The position numbers and the translations under genes are program-made. Shown here piece after piece: positions 40,433 through 49,994 of a stretch of 64,000 bases of DNA; positions within the stretch are counted from its first letter, which is position 1; the number at the start of each line of letters is the position of its first letter. The stretch covers positions 43,180 to 107,179 of the forward strand of contig JAQTPP010000002.1 of assembly GCA_028712705.1 (NCBI GenBank), given 5' to 3'. This DNA is from Candidatus Daviesbacteria bacterium (GTDB lineage: Bacteria > Patescibacteriota > Microgenomatia > Daviesbacterales > UBA10151). Below the pieces are notes generated by a model, which worked only from the letters and a program-made list of their open reading frames with translations, made no database searches and was not told the origin of the DNA.

Positions 40433-43400
40433 ATGACAACCACAAAGACTATTATGCCTAAATTTGTTCACCTTCACGGTCACACCCAATATTCTCTTTT
40501 AGACGGACTGTCAAAAGTTCCGAAATTAATTAAGGCCGTTAAGGATTCGGGTATGGAATCAATAGCCATTACGGATCATGGGGTAATGTATGGGGCTATT
40601 GAATTCTACAAAGCTTGCCGCGAAGCCGGAGTAAAACCTATTGTCGGGGTAGAAATGTATGTTGCCAAAAGATCCCATAAGGATAAAGAAGGAAAACTTG
40701 ACAGCGAACCGTTTCATTTAACAGTACTGGCTAAAAATTACCAGGGATATCTGAACTTGATGAAGCTGACAACTATTGCCCACCGTGACGGATACTACTA
40801 CAGACCAAGGGTGGATAAAGCTTTATTGAAAGAGTTTCACGAAGGATTAATAGCTTTGTCAGGCTGTCCTGCAGGAGAATTTGTCAGGTCTTTGAATACG
40901 AGAGACCCTAAAAAGGCCGAGGAAGTAATCAAAAATTATTTAAGTATATTTGGCGAAGGTAATTTCTATTTGGAATTGCAAAGTCATCCATATCAGCAGT
41001 CTTTGGACGAAGCGGTAGACGATACAGTCAAAAAGGATCTGCAGGAGATACTGGATATACAAACCCAAACCTGGAGTACGGTAAAGCAGTTATCAAAAAA
41101 AATTGGTATACCAATAGTTGGAACCAACGATTACCACTATGTTGCAAAAGAAGATGCCCAAGCTCAAGATGCATTGCTTTGTGTTCAAACCGGAAAATTG
41201 CTTAGCGATGTTGTAAGGCTTCGGATGATTGATACCCCTGATTATTTTGTGAAATCACCGCTTGAGATGGCGGAAAATTTTAAAGATATTCCGGAAGCTC
41301 TGGAAAATACTGTAAAAATTGCGAAACTGGTTGATTTGGAAATCCCGTTGGGTGTAGCCCGGTTTCCGGTATTTGAAACTCCAAACAAGGCTTCCTCAAT
41401 GGAGTATTTGCGGGAGATAACATATCAAAAAGCAGCTGAAAAATTGGAATTGACAGAAGAAATAAAAGAGCGTTTGGATTTTGAACTTAGCGTGATTGAG
41501 AAAAAGAAATATGCGGACTATTTTTTGGTGGTTGCGGATTTTATGGACTGGGCTCACCAGCGGGGGATTATCACTAATACCAGGGGCTCTGCGGCAGCTT
41601 CAATGGTTTTATATTGTTTAGGGGTAACTAACCTAAACCCTTTGGGTTATTTACTGCCTTTTGAGCGTTTTTTAACAGTCTATCGCCCGTCCCTGCCGGA
41701 TATTGATGTTGATATAGCTGATGACCGCCGCGATGAAGTGATAGATTATGTGATGAAAAAATATGGTAAAGACCGGGTTGCTCACATTGTGACTTTTGGA
41801 ACCATGATGGGCCGGGCTGCCATTAGGGATGTGGGTAGGGTTATGGGGATGTCTTATTCCGATGTAGACAGGATTGCCAAATTAGTCCCGCCCCCCCACC
41901 AGGGTTTTCACAAACCTTTAGGGTTAGTAGTTAAAGAAGTGCCGGATTTGCAGAATTTATATAGAAGCGATCCTCAAATTAAGAAACTGCTGGATTTGGC
42001 TGCCAGGATTGAAGGTACTGTGCGTCATGCTTCGGTACATGCGGCGGGTATTGTTATTGCCCCGGATGAAATAACCAATTTTACCCCTTTGCAAAAAGAA
42101 TCCAGCGGAGAAAGACTGGTATCCCAATATGACATGTTTGCGGTAGAAGATGCAGGTTTGGTGAAAATGGATCTTTTAGGTATCAGAAATTTATCAATTT
42201 TGGGTAAAGCCGTTGAATTTGTCAAAGAAAATAGAGGAATAAGCATTGACCTGGATAAAATCCCCCTGGATTACAAAAAGGCTTTTGAGCTTTTGGCCAA
42301 AGGCGAAACTATGGGAGTTTTTCAGCTGGAAGGTTCGGGCATGACCAGATATGTAACAGAACTGAAGCCAACCAGTATTACCGATATTCAGGCCATGGTG
42401 GCTTTATACCGCCCCGGGCCGTTGGGGGTAATCCCGGAATATATTGCCCGAAAGCATGATCCGAAAAAAGTGAAATTTTTTGACCCCCGGATGAAAGATT
42501 ATACCGAAGCCTCTTTGGGTTTGCTGGTTTATCAGGATGACGTATTGCTTACAGCTATTAACATTGCCGGTTATTCCTGGGAAGAGGCTGATAAGTTCAG
42601 GAAAGCCATGGGTAAAAAAATTCCCTCTGAAATGGCCAAGCAAAAAGACAAGTTTATTGAAGGATGCATTAAAAACGGCATGAGAGCGGAAAAAGCGGAA
42701 GAGTTATTTGCCATGATTGCTCCCTTTGCAGCTTATGGGTTTAACAAAGCTCATGCAGCCAGTTATGCCATGATTGCTTATCAAACAGCTTATATGAAAG
42801 CAAGTTTCCCTGTTGAGTTTATGGCGGCGGTTATGACGGCCGAATCAGGAGACAGCGATAAGATCGCCTCGGCGATCGAAGAATGTAAAAGACTTCAGAT
42901 TGTAGTTTTGCCGCCTGATGTTAATAAATCAGGAATCGGTTTTTCTCTGGAGAAACTAAAAGAGCTTTCGCAGGCCGATCTGGAGCGAAGTTTGAGTGTT
43001 GGAGAAAGCGAAGCGAAAGCAGGCCACAATCGTGTAAACCGATTATGGCAGGGTATAAGGTTTGGCTTATCAGCTGTGAAAAATGTAGGTATTTCTGCGA
43101 TTGAATCAATCATTTTGGCAAGAGAAGATGGAGAGTTTGTGTCTTTGGCGGATCTTTGTTCACGGGTTGATACCCGTTTGGTAAATAGAAAAACCCTGGA
43201 AAGTTTAATTAAAGCAGGTGCCCTGGATCATTTGGGAAGCCGGGCCGGACAGCTTTTGGTTTTGGACTCTTGTTTGGAGCAGTCTCATAAGCAAAGTAAG
43301 GCAAGATTGTCCGGACAAGTGTTGCTGTTTGACAGCGAAGAGGATCAGGGAGTATTTGCTGTGAAACTGCCGGATGTTGCCGAACTGCCTCTTGAACAAT

Positions 43401-44026
43401 TGCTGGTTTTCGAAAAAGATCTTCTGGGTTTTTACCTGCATGAACCCCCTTTTCTTGCGGCGCTTCAAAAATTAACCAGGTTTGTATCTATCAAACTTTC
43501 CGATTTGAGCGAGGAAAGTATTGGGAAAACTTTGAAACTGGGAGGAGTTATTGTTGCGGTTAAAAAAGTATTAACCAAAAAAGCAAGCAAAGAAATGGCA
43601 TTTGTTAAAATTTCCGATGGGATTTTCAGCCTGGAAGTAGTAGTTTTTCCCAAAATATTTGAAACAAGCAAAGAATTTCTGGTTTCGGATCAGGTTGTTT
43701 TAATCTCCGGACGCGTCGAGAAAAGAGAAGAAGAACTTTCTTTAATTGTTGAAAAAATTGCGCCATTTGATCCTGAGAGCGCGGATGAGGTGCAGCAAAA
43801 CAGCTTGATGGTTGAGATTTATATTCCGGCAGGGGTAGATATATCGGTATTACAAAATATAAACAGAACTCTGCGGGGATTTCCGGGAGGCGCGCCGGTT
43901 GCGTTATTTTTAAATAGCGACAAGGGTGTAAGACGCATGGATTTGCCGTTTTCTGTTGATCCGCAACCCTTACTCGAGGAAAAAGTTAAGGAGATTCTAG
44001 GCAAAGGTGCTTTTAAAATAGTCTAG
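40433..44026 (+). CDS. dnaE: DNA polymerase III alpha subunit (DnaE)
   Basis: 1197 aa. PHP N-terminus ('HLHGHTQYSLLDG'), polymerase core, C-terminal OB fold. Confidence 0.9.
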   Translation: MTTTKTIMPKFVHLHGHTQYSLLDGLSKVPKLIKAVKDSGMESIAITDHGVMYGAIEFYKACREAGVKPIVGVEMYVAKRSHKDKEGKLDSEPFHLTVLAKNYQGYLNLMKLTTIAHRDGYYYRPRVDKALLKEFHEGLIALSGCPAGEFVRSLNTRDPKKAEEVIKNYLSIFGEGNFYLELQSHPYQQSLDEAVDDTVKKDLQEILDIQTQTWSTVKQLSKKIGIPIVGTNDYHYVAKEDAQAQDALLCVQTGKLLSDVVRLRMIDTPDYFVKSPLEMAENFKDIPEALENTVKIAKLVDLEIPLGVARFPVFETPNKASSMEYLREITYQKAAEKLELTEEIKERLDFELSVIEKKKYADYFLVVADFMDWAHQRGIITNTRGSAAASMVLYCLGVTNLNPLGYLLPFERFLTVYRPSLPDIDVDIADDRRDEVIDYVMKKYGKDRVAHIVTFGTMMGRAAIRDVGRVMGMSYSDVDRIAKLVPPPHQGFHKPLGLVVKEVPDLQNLYRSDPQIKKLLDLAARIEGTVRHASVHAAGIVIAPDEITNFTPLQKESSGERLVSQYDMFAVEDAGLVKMDLLGIRNLSILGKAVEFVKENRGISIDLDKIPLDYKKAFELLAKGETMGVFQLEGSGMTRYVTELKPTSITDIQAMVALYRPGPLGVIPEYIARKHDPKKVKFFDPRMKDYTEASLGLLVYQDDVLLTAINIAGYSWEEADKFRKAMGKKIPSEMAKQKDKFIEGCIKNGMRAEKAEELFAMIAPFAAYGFNKAHAASYAMIAYQTAYMKASFPVEFMAAVMTAESGDSDKIASAIEECKRLQIVVLPPDVNKSGIGFSLEKLKELSQADLERSLSVGESEAKAGHNRVNRLWQGIRFGLSAVKNVGISAIESIILAREDGEFVSLADLCSRVDTRLVNRKTLESLIKAGALDHLGSRAGQLLVLDSCLEQSHKQSKARLSGQVLLFDSEEDQGVFAVKLPDVAELPLEQLLVFEKDLLGFYLHEPPFLAALQKLTRFVSIKLSDLSEESIGKTLKLGGVIVAVKKVLTKKASKEMAFVKISDGIFSLEVVVFPKIFETSKEFLVSDQVVLISGRVEKREEELSLIVEKIAPFDPESADEVQQNSLMVEIYIPAGVDISVLQNINRTLRGFPGGAPVALFLNSDKGVRRMDLPFSVDPQPLLEEKVKEILGKGAFKIV

Positions 44027-44027
44027 C

Positions 44028-44053
44028 CTCCAGGGGGACGCCTTGCAAGGCTA
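44028..44053. repeat. 26-bp repeat copy 1 (CTCCAGGGGGACGCCTTGCAAGGCTA; contains the 12-bp palindrome GCCTTGCAAGGC)
   Basis: 24/26 identical to 44802-44827. Directly follows the dnaE stop. Confidence 0.6.
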
Positions 44054-44100
44054 AGCGGGTGCAGGTTGCCAGCAGGTTTAGATTATGTTAGTATTCCTTA

Positions 44101-44415
44101 ATGATTTCAGTGAAAGTTGATGAACAAAATATACATATTGGAGATACTATAAGAGTACATAGTAAGGTGGTAGAAGGAACAAAAAGCAGAGTGCAGATTT
44201 TCGAAGGAATTTTAATCAGGCTTCGGGGTCGGGATGTTAATAAAACTTTCACTGTCCGTAAAATTGGAACAGGAGGGATTGGGATTGAAAGAACCTGGCC
44301 GTTGGATTCAAATTCTATTGTTAAAATTGAAGTTAAAAAAAAGGCCGGAAAAGTTAGAAGATCAAAGCTTTATTTTTTAAGAGGATTGACTGGTAAAAGC
44401 GCTGTAAGGGTTTAA
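44101..44415 (+). CDS. rplS: 50S ribosomal protein L19
   Basis: '[17 protein letters not shown]' L19 signature. Confidence 0.9.
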   Translation: MISVKVDEQNIHIGDTIRVHSKVVEGTKSRVQIFEGILIRLRGRDVNKTFTVRKIGTGGIGIERTWPLDSNSIVKIEVKKKAGKVRRSKLYFLRGLTGKSAVRV

Positions 44416-44434
44416 TTATTCTTCCAATAATTCA

Positions 44435-44794
44435 ATGTCCAATACCGATATCGGAAATAAAGGAGAAGAACTGGCGTGCAAGTATCTTAAGAAACTGGGG
44501 TATAGAATTCTTGAAAGGAACTTTCGGATCAGGGGTGGAGAAATAGATATTGTGGTAAAGGATGGTAATACCTTGGTGTTTGTGGAAGTAAAGACTCGTT
44601 ATTCTCACGATTTCGGCTTGCCTGCCGAGTCCATGACACCTTGGAAAATTCGCTCACTTTTGAAAACCGCCAGATTTTATATTCAGAAAATTAACTGGGG
44701 TGAGCGAGAATACAGGTTAGATTTTATGGGGGTGGATTTTGCTGAATCTGGGGATAATCCCAAAATAGAACTAATTAAGAATATTGCCTTATAG
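44435..44794 (+). CDS. yraN: YraN family endonuclease (UPF0102)
   Basis: 'GEELACKYLKKLGYRILERNFR..GEIDIVV' and 'VFVEVKTR' motifs. Confidence 0.8.
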   Translation: MSNTDIGNKGEELACKYLKKLGYRILERNFRIRGGEIDIVVKDGNTLVFVEVKTRYSHDFGLPAESMTPWKIRSLLKTARFYIQKINWGEREYRLDFMGVDFAESGDNPKIELIKNIAL

Positions 44795-44801
44795 TATTAC
44801 G

Positions 44802-44827
44802 CTCCAGGGGGACGCCTTGCGAAGCTA
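44802..44827. repeat. 26-bp repeat copy 2 (CTCCAGGGGGACGCCTTGCGAAGCTA)
   Basis: Directly follows the yraN stop; 2 mismatches to copy 1. Confidence 0.6.
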
Positions 44828-45715
44828 CCCCTTAGTTTTTTCCGCTACCACAAAGGGGATTTCTTCCCAGTCTTTAACTTTTCTAATTTTTTTATTAATT
44901 TCCCAAACCGTTTCCAAAAGTTTTGGATCGAGTTTTAAACTCTTAGCCCGGCCAATTAAGGCAACGATATCTTTAGGAAAACATTTCCCCCCAAAACCTT
45001 TGGATGTAGTTACATCCAGGTGTGAGTTAAAAATCCGGCGGTCTGCCACAACGATGTTTTTAACTTCTTCATATTTAATACCTAAAGCCTGGCATAAATC
45101 ATACATCTGATTGGCAAAAATTACCTTGGTGGCTAAAAAAGCATTAGCCATATATTTGACCATTTCGGCAGTTGTAGTATCTGTTTGGAAAACCTTGGTT
45201 TTCGGGAATCTTTGTCTGTATAAAGAGATCAATCTTCGGGAAACCGTATCGTTATTCGCTCCTACAACATTGCGGTCTGATTTTATAAAATCCTCTAAAT
45301 AATTTGCCTCTGTTAAAAATTCCGGGTTCATGGCAAAGTTGCTTTTTGGGTATTTTTTTTCTAAAGCAGCAGTGGTACCGGGTACAACAGTTGATTTAAT
45401 CACAATGATTTTGTCGGTATTGTCGGTATATTGGGTAATCTCTTTAATGTTTTCTTCGATGATTGAAAGGTCGATTCCCGATTCATCTTCTTTCATCGGG
45501 GTGGGCAAACAAATAAAAATAAACTCGCTTGATGCAACTACGCTTTCTAAAGATTCGGTGTTTTTGTATTTGTCGTAAAATTTAATTTCATATTTATCTT
45601 TTATCTCCGGTTGGGAAAAGCCGTATGCCAAGGCTTGACCGACTATTCCGTAACCGATAATTCCAAGTTTGGCGGGGTTGATTAGTTCTGCGGAGTCCTC
45701 TTGTTGCTTATTCAT
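44825..45715 (-). CDS. Nucleotide-sugar (UDP-glucose/GDP-mannose family) dehydrogenase, compact form
   Basis: Rossmann 'GIIGYGIVGQ', catalytic Cys region 'GFGGKCFPKD'. Start set at the internal Met; the ORF-track N-terminal extension is hydrophobic junk. Confidence 0.65.
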   Translation of the reverse strand: MNKQQEDSAELINPAKLGIIGYGIVGQALAYGFSQPEIKDKYEIKFYDKYKNTESLESVVASSEFIFICLPTPMKEDESGIDLSIIEENIKEITQYTDNTDKIIVIKSTVVPGTTAALEKKYPKSNFAMNPEFLTEANYLEDFIKSDRNVVGANNDTVSRRLISLYRQRFPKTKVFQTDTTTAEMVKYMANAFLATKVIFANQMYDLCQALGIKYEEVKNIVVADRRIFNSHLDVTTSKGFGGKCFPKDIVALIGRAKSLKLDPKLLETVWEINKKIRKVKDWEEIPFVVAEKTKG

Positions 45716-45745
45716 GCAAAAAAAGTATAGCATAAAGAGTAAACC

Positions 45746-46150
45746 ATGGGTATTATTAAAAAGGTAGCTTTGGCAGTGTTCAAAGACAAAAAGCTGCTGC
45801 AGGTAAGAACACACAAAGAGAGTCATGTATTTTTTACGCTTGGCGGTAAACCGGAAGGGGATGAATCCGAAATTGAACGCTTAAAAAGAGAGGTTAAAGA
45901 AGAAATCGGGTGCGGGTTGGATGAGTCGTCAATAAAGTTTTTGACAGAATTTGAAGATGTGGCACACGGTAAAAGCGGCGCTTTGGTAAACATCAAAATG
46001 TATGAAGGAGAATTAATTGGTATCCCACAGCCTTCTTCAGAGGTAGTGGAGATCGGCTATTTTGATACTAAATCAGATAAAAAATATCTTTCAACTATTG
46101 CAAAAAGGACAATCTTCCCCTGGTTTAAAAACCATGGGTATATAAATTAG
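45746..46150 (+). CDS. NUDIX hydrolase
   Basis: Nudix box 'GGKPEGDESEIERLKREVKEEIG'. Confidence 0.8.
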   Translation: MGIIKKVALAVFKDKKLLQVRTHKESHVFFTLGGKPEGDESEIERLKREVKEEIGCGLDESSIKFLTEFEDVAHGKSGALVNIKMYEGELIGIPQPSSEVVEIGYFDTKSDKKYLSTIAKRTIFPWFKNHGYIN

Positions 46151-46190
46151 GCATTGACAGGCACATGACCTCATAGTAATATAACCCCCA

Positions 46191-46784
46191 ATGTTAGAAA
46201 GTGAATTTGAAAGACTATGGAGATGGGCTCCGGTTCCCGATGAAGTTCGTAAAGAAAAAGGCGCTTGGAATTATGGGTCTCCTGGTAATAATTTTACTGG
46301 AACTGATAATGAGCGAGAATCCGAACTTTCGTTGTCTGATATTCGAAGATTAAATTCTAGGTTTACTGAAGGACCAACGAGAAGATTACGGCCGTATGTA
46401 ATAAAGGCAAACCCACTTTTTAAAGAGCAATCAGGCAAAGAGGAATCAGATGAAACACCCGGACAGTCTAAATACGTACTTAGAGAAGGAAGATGGGCAA
46501 TTACTGTAGCAGGAAGAATAGCTAGACGACCAGATAGTCATGATCATAATTGGGTGGTGAAGCATAAGGACGAAGGAACTCTACCAAGACCAGTAAAACT
46601 GATGCGATCTATGAAGAGAGATGGTTTTATGCCAGAAGATTGGCCAGTAGAAAATGTATCAAGAGATCCTTTAGAAGGTCCGTGGCAAGTAGGAGGAAAA
46701 ATTACTGTATTTAGTTCCCATGCTGAATGGGAGGATCTTGACGCTGGTTTCATTGCAAGATCCCACAAAACTCCAAAGACTTAA
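46191..46784 (+). CDS. Hypothetical protein
   Basis: 197-aa ORF with no recognisable motifs. Its 3' part is overlapped antisense by the recombinase ORF read-through. Confidence 0.35.
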   Translation: MLESEFERLWRWAPVPDEVRKEKGAWNYGSPGNNFTGTDNERESELSLSDIRRLNSRFTEGPTRRLRPYVIKANPLFKEQSGKEESDETPGQSKYVLREGRWAITVAGRIARRPDSHDHNWVVKHKDEGTLPRPVKLMRSMKRDGFMPEDWPVENVSRDPLEGPWQVGGKITVFSSHAEWEDLDAGFIARSHKTPKT

Positions 46785-48435
46785 TAAATCGATAGATTTT
46801 GCTTGGTTGAATTGATATAATTTTATAGTTTGCTGCCAAGTCTGACTTGGTTGGTATATTTGACGCGCCGCGTTCGTCTAGTGGCCTAGGACGTTGGGTT
46901 TTCATCCCAGAAATCACGGGTTCGACTCCCGTACGCGGTACCAAATCCCGAGTTAGCGGGGCGGCGCAGAGCGCCGCCCATGGGTTTAGAGCTCCACAGC
47001 AAACTATTTTGTCGGTGAGCTTGAGGTTCGAGCCGAAGATTTTTTGTGCAAGTACCTTTTTTGCTTCCATGTCTTCCCCCCTTGCGGTATTAGCTGCGTT
47101 AGCAGCTTCCACTATCCAGTTTTTGAAAGGTTCGAGCCAAACATTTTGCGTTTGTTGAAAGCGGAGGATTTGTTCTTCTAACGTCTTCTTTTTAGATAAC
47201 AGTTCAGCTTTTTTGTTAAGGTAAGAATCTCTCTCAATATCCTGGTCAAGGTATGAATCAAGAAGACGTTGAAGTTTATCATTTAAACTTCTAATCTCCG
47301 CTTGTTTCTCCTCAACAAACGCATGGCAGGATTGGGCTACATTTTTTTCTTCTACAGATAATCTATCCAGCATTTTATCTGCCCAATCCTGACGCAAAGA
47401 AACTGATGCAATATTATCTGAAAGCTGTCGATCAAGTTCCTCCTGCCTAATAAAAGGTTGATTACATTTAACAGTTTTGGACTTTTTCGTACATCTGTAA
47501 TACAAATAGGTGGCATGATGATTTGTTTCCTTATAAAATTTTTCCTTAAATTCAGCCGTAATCATCATGCCGCACTGCCCGCAGCGAAAAAGTCCCAGGT
47601 ATGGTTTTAAAACAAGAGGTTTTTTCCAAGACCTGCTTCGTTTCCTCCATACCTCTTGTACGCTATCCCACAGTTTCTTTGAAATGATCGGCGTATGTTT
47701 TCCTTCGTGGATCTCGCCCCAATATTTAAAATGGCCATAGTAGAAAGGGTTAGTTAAGATCTGTTTAGTTACTCTATCAGCTTTCCATTCCTGTCCTTTT
47801 CTGGTCACTATGCCATTTTTAGCCAAAAAGTCCCGGATATCCATTATCCGGTAGTTACCGGTAGCAAACAGTTCAAAAGCCTTTTTAACAATAGTAGCCC
47901 GCTTTTTATCCAAAACTATAGTTTTGATAAGGAGGTCGTTAAGGTAGCCAACAGGAGGGATACCAGGATATATACCATTTCTGACTTTTTGGCGTAAACC
48001 TCTTTTGGTGTTTTCTGAAAGCGAGTCCACGAAGTATTTGCTTTGCCCAAATGCGATGGTGAGCATAAATTTTCCCTGGGGTGTAGCATCAAACCAGAAT
48101 TGAGGAAACTTAAGATACTTAATTTTACCGGTATCAATAAGATAAATAATTTTGCCGCCATCCACACTATTTCTCGCAAGTCTGTCAGGATGCCAAGCTA
48201 AAATTCCATCTGCTTCCCCGGCTTCAATCCTTTCGATCATACTGTTAAAAATAGGCCTGCCAGGGATTTTAGCTGTCTGCTTTTCAACAAGCTCTTCTAA
48301 GATAATAATACCTTCACGCTTGGCATACTCCCTTAGCTCTGTAATTTGAGCAACAATTGATAAAGCCTGCTTATCTTCTACGTCTGTAGACTTGCGGGCA
48401 TATAAGAACATTTTATTCGTATTTGTAATACTCAT
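46750..48435 (-). CDS. Large serine recombinase (resolvase/invertase catalytic domain, recombinase domain, zinc ribbon, coiled coil)
   Basis: N-terminus 'LYARKSTDVEDKQALSIVAQ' with catalytic Ser, 'DRLARN', a Cys-rich zinc ribbon ('CGQCG...C..C') and a C-terminal coiled coil. The ORF's 3' end reads antisense through IR-L and tRNA-Glu, so the real C-terminus is uncertain. Confidence 0.8.
   Translation of the reverse strand: MSITNTNKMFLYARKSTDVEDKQALSIVAQITELREYAKREGIIILEELVEKQTAKIPGRPIFNSMIERIEAGEADGILAWHPDRLARNSVDGGKIIYLIDTGKIKYLKFPQFWFDATPQGKFMLTIAFGQSKYFVDSLSENTKRGLRQKVRNGIYPGIPPVGYLNDLLIKTIVLDKKRATIVKKAFELFATGNYRIMDIRDFLAKNGIVTRKGQEWKADRVTKQILTNPFYYGHFKYWGEIHEGKHTPIISKKLWDSVQEVWRKRSRSWKKPLVLKPYLGLFRCGQCGMMITAEFKEKFYKETNHHATYLYYRCTKKSKTVKCNQPFIRQEELDRQLSDNIASVSLRQDWADKMLDRLSVEEKNVAQSCHAFVEEKQAEIRSLNDKLQRLLDSYLDQDIERDSYLNKKAELLSKKKTLEEQILRFQQTQNVWLEPFKNWIVEAANAANTARGEDMEAKKVLAQKIFGSNLKLTDKIVCCGALNPWAALCAAPLTRDLVPRTGVEPVISGMKTQRPRPLDERGASNIPTKSDLAANYKIISIQPSKIYRFIKSLEFCGILQ
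46867..46943 (+). tRNA. tRNA-Glu (anticodon TTC), CCA encoded
   Basis: Acceptor GCCGCGT/ACGCGGT, anticodon loop TTTTCAT, T-loop TTCGACT. Its last 20 nt are repeated at 63223-63242. Confidence 0.8.
46939..47019. repeat. 81-bp perfect inverted repeat, left copy (partner 48840-48920)
   Basis: Exact reverse complement verified by hand. Overlaps the last 5 nt (TACCA) of tRNA-Glu. Contains the GC hairpin GGCGGCGC-AGA-GCGCCGCC. Confidence 0.85.
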
Positions 48436-48486
48436 AAAATAACCTTGAACCCTGTCGGGTATAAAAAGAATTTTTGCGATAAATTA

Positions 48487-48640
48487 TTGGCAGTTTGTTC
48501 CATATCTTTTGTGAAAGCGGATTGACTCCGCTTTCACTTAAATGGCCACCTTGGTGATCTCAACCGGTGAAGGTTGTCCAAGATGGCCATTAAAAAACTC
48601 CACCGAATGTTGAGATCGCAAACATATTACAAACTGCCAA
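48487..48640. promoter_or_regulatory. Complex palindromic site upstream of the recombinase gene (candidate recombination site / regulatory region)
   Basis: 12-bp IR TTGGCAGTTTGT/ACAAACTGCCAA. It encloses a 10-bp-stem hairpin (48511-48537) and a ~50-bp imperfect palindrome AATGGCCACCTTGG...CCAAGATGGCCATT centred on AACCGGT (48541-48591). Confidence 0.4.
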
Positions 48641-48839
48641 AAGAAAATACAATATAGCAAAAATTCAATTGCGCATTTAGGCAAAGTTTCCCCACCTTAA
48701 GTGGGGAATTATTGATTTATATTTATATAAAAATAAGCAAAGCTTTTCTTTTTGCTTTGCAAAAAATAAAAAATCGCAAGGGGAATTAAAATTTCAAAAA
48801 AAGGTACTGCAATTAAAAGAATCTTGGGCTTTCTGTTTC

Positions 48840-48920
48840 CTCACCGACAAAATAGTTTGCTGTGGAGCTCTAAACCCATGGGCGGCGCTCTGCGCCGCCC
48901 CGCTAACTCGGGATTTGGTA
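48840..48920. repeat. 81-bp perfect inverted repeat, right copy
   Basis: Reverse complement of 46939-47019. Abuts and overlaps by 3 nt the 184-bp IR copy A. Confidence 0.85.
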
Positions 48921-49101
48921 GCGATCTATGATATCGCTCGGACTTATTTTATCAGGAATTATTAATCGGCGCATCGTATCGTTACGCTTCGGCCGGCTAA
49001 TCGCCGGCCTTGCTAATCACCGACGTATCGGTTCGCTCCGCTCAGGCCGCCTTCGGCGGCCTTCGCTTACCCCGATTCAATCGGGGCTTAAAACTAATCT
49101 T
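48918..49101. repeat. 184-bp perfect inverted repeat, copy A (partner 62667-62850); GC-rich with at least 4 internal hairpins
   Basis: Exact reverse-complement match verified by hand. Internal hairpins include GGCCGGC-TAATC-GCCGGCC, GGCCGCC-TTC-GGCGGCC, CCCGA-TTCAA-TCGGG and GCGAT-CTATGAT-ATCGC. Confidence 0.85.
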
Positions 49102-49215
49102 ATCTTTGGAAATTTTCGCATTTTCTATCCTATCTTTCTGTCTGTTTTATTTTGAGTAGCTTTTGTCTAAAGAGCACTTTTGTTACTCAAACAAAATGTC
49201 TGTTATACTTTATTT

Positions 49216-49980
49216 ATGTCTCAAAATTTTTATGATAAGGTAGCTAAAAAATTTGGTGGTTATGGATATGGTAATGGAAGGAAACCTCAGTATAAAAGCG
49301 AATACCCAGCGGGCGATCCTGAAAGGATTTTTAAAGAAAAGCTATTGGAGTTAAGTTCAAAAGATAAAACGGCACTGGATAGTGGGTGCGCTGACGGCAA
49401 ATTTACTCTTTCTATTGCTCCCTATTTCAAAAAAGTGTACGGGATTGATATTTCAAAGGAAAATTTGAATGTTGCAAATAACCACAGAGCTGATGAGAGA
49501 AGTAAAAATGTTGAATATTCTTTTCAAAACGCAAAACATACCTCATTTGAGGATTCTTTTTTTGATATAGCATATTGCAGGAGAGGACCTACTTTTTACA
49601 AGGAGTATCACAGAATTCTTAAAACCGGTGGATATTATCTTGAAATTGGAATAGGAGAGATGGATACAATAGAGCTAAAAAAGATATTTGGCAGAGGGCA
49701 AGGGTATGGAGAATGGGATAAGTCAAAATTGGATGAAAACTTAAAAGAAATAAAGAATCTTGGTTTTAAGGTTATTTTTGCAGAGAATTTTTATCCCTTT
49801 GAATACTATCCTTCTTCCGCGGAGTTTGATTTATTTCTACATCAGGTACCAATTTTTGAAGATTATGATTCGGAAAAAGACGAGGTATCACTGCAAAAGT
49901 ATGTTAAGAAATTTTCAGCCGATAAAGGTATTATGCTTTCGCGTCACCGGTTGGTAATGGTTGTACAAAAAGTCAGTTAG
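49216..49980 (+). CDS. Class I SAM-dependent methyltransferase (Methyltransf_11/25-like)
   Basis: Motif I 'LDSGCADGKFT'. No DPPY/NPPF motif, so probably not a DNA N6/N4 methyltransferase. Start taken at the internal Met of the 49180 ORF. Confidence 0.65.
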   Translation: MSQNFYDKVAKKFGGYGYGNGRKPQYKSEYPAGDPERIFKEKLLELSSKDKTALDSGCADGKFTLSIAPYFKKVYGIDISKENLNVANNHRADERSKNVEYSFQNAKHTSFEDSFFDIAYCRRGPTFYKEYHRILKTGGYYLEIGIGEMDTIELKKIFGRGQGYGEWDKSKLDENLKEIKNLGFKVIFAENFYPFEYYPSSAEFDLFLHQVPIFEDYDSEKDEVSLQKYVKKFSADKGIMLSRHRLVMVVQKVS

Positions 49981-49994
49981 ACGATTTTCTCGTT

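Noticed and set aside
44784-45110. 108-aa plus-strand ORF
   Set aside because: Fully antisense to the 3' part of the nucleotide-sugar dehydrogenase gene, and has no motifs.
46750-46943. C-terminal ~65 codons of the recombinase ORF as genuine coding sequence
   Set aside because: This part is the antisense translation of tRNA-Glu ('RTGVEPVISG') and of the upstream hypothetical gene. The real stop probably lies earlier or the junction was altered by integration; I cannot place it from sequence alone.
48928-49155. Arg-rich 75-aa ORF, and its 99-aa twin at 62541-62840 with an identical 60-aa N-terminus
   Set aside because: Both lie entirely within the 184-bp GC-rich inverted repeat and owe their existence to the repeat. 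Their composition is low-complexity Arg/Gly/Leu typical of GC-rich non-coding DNA.
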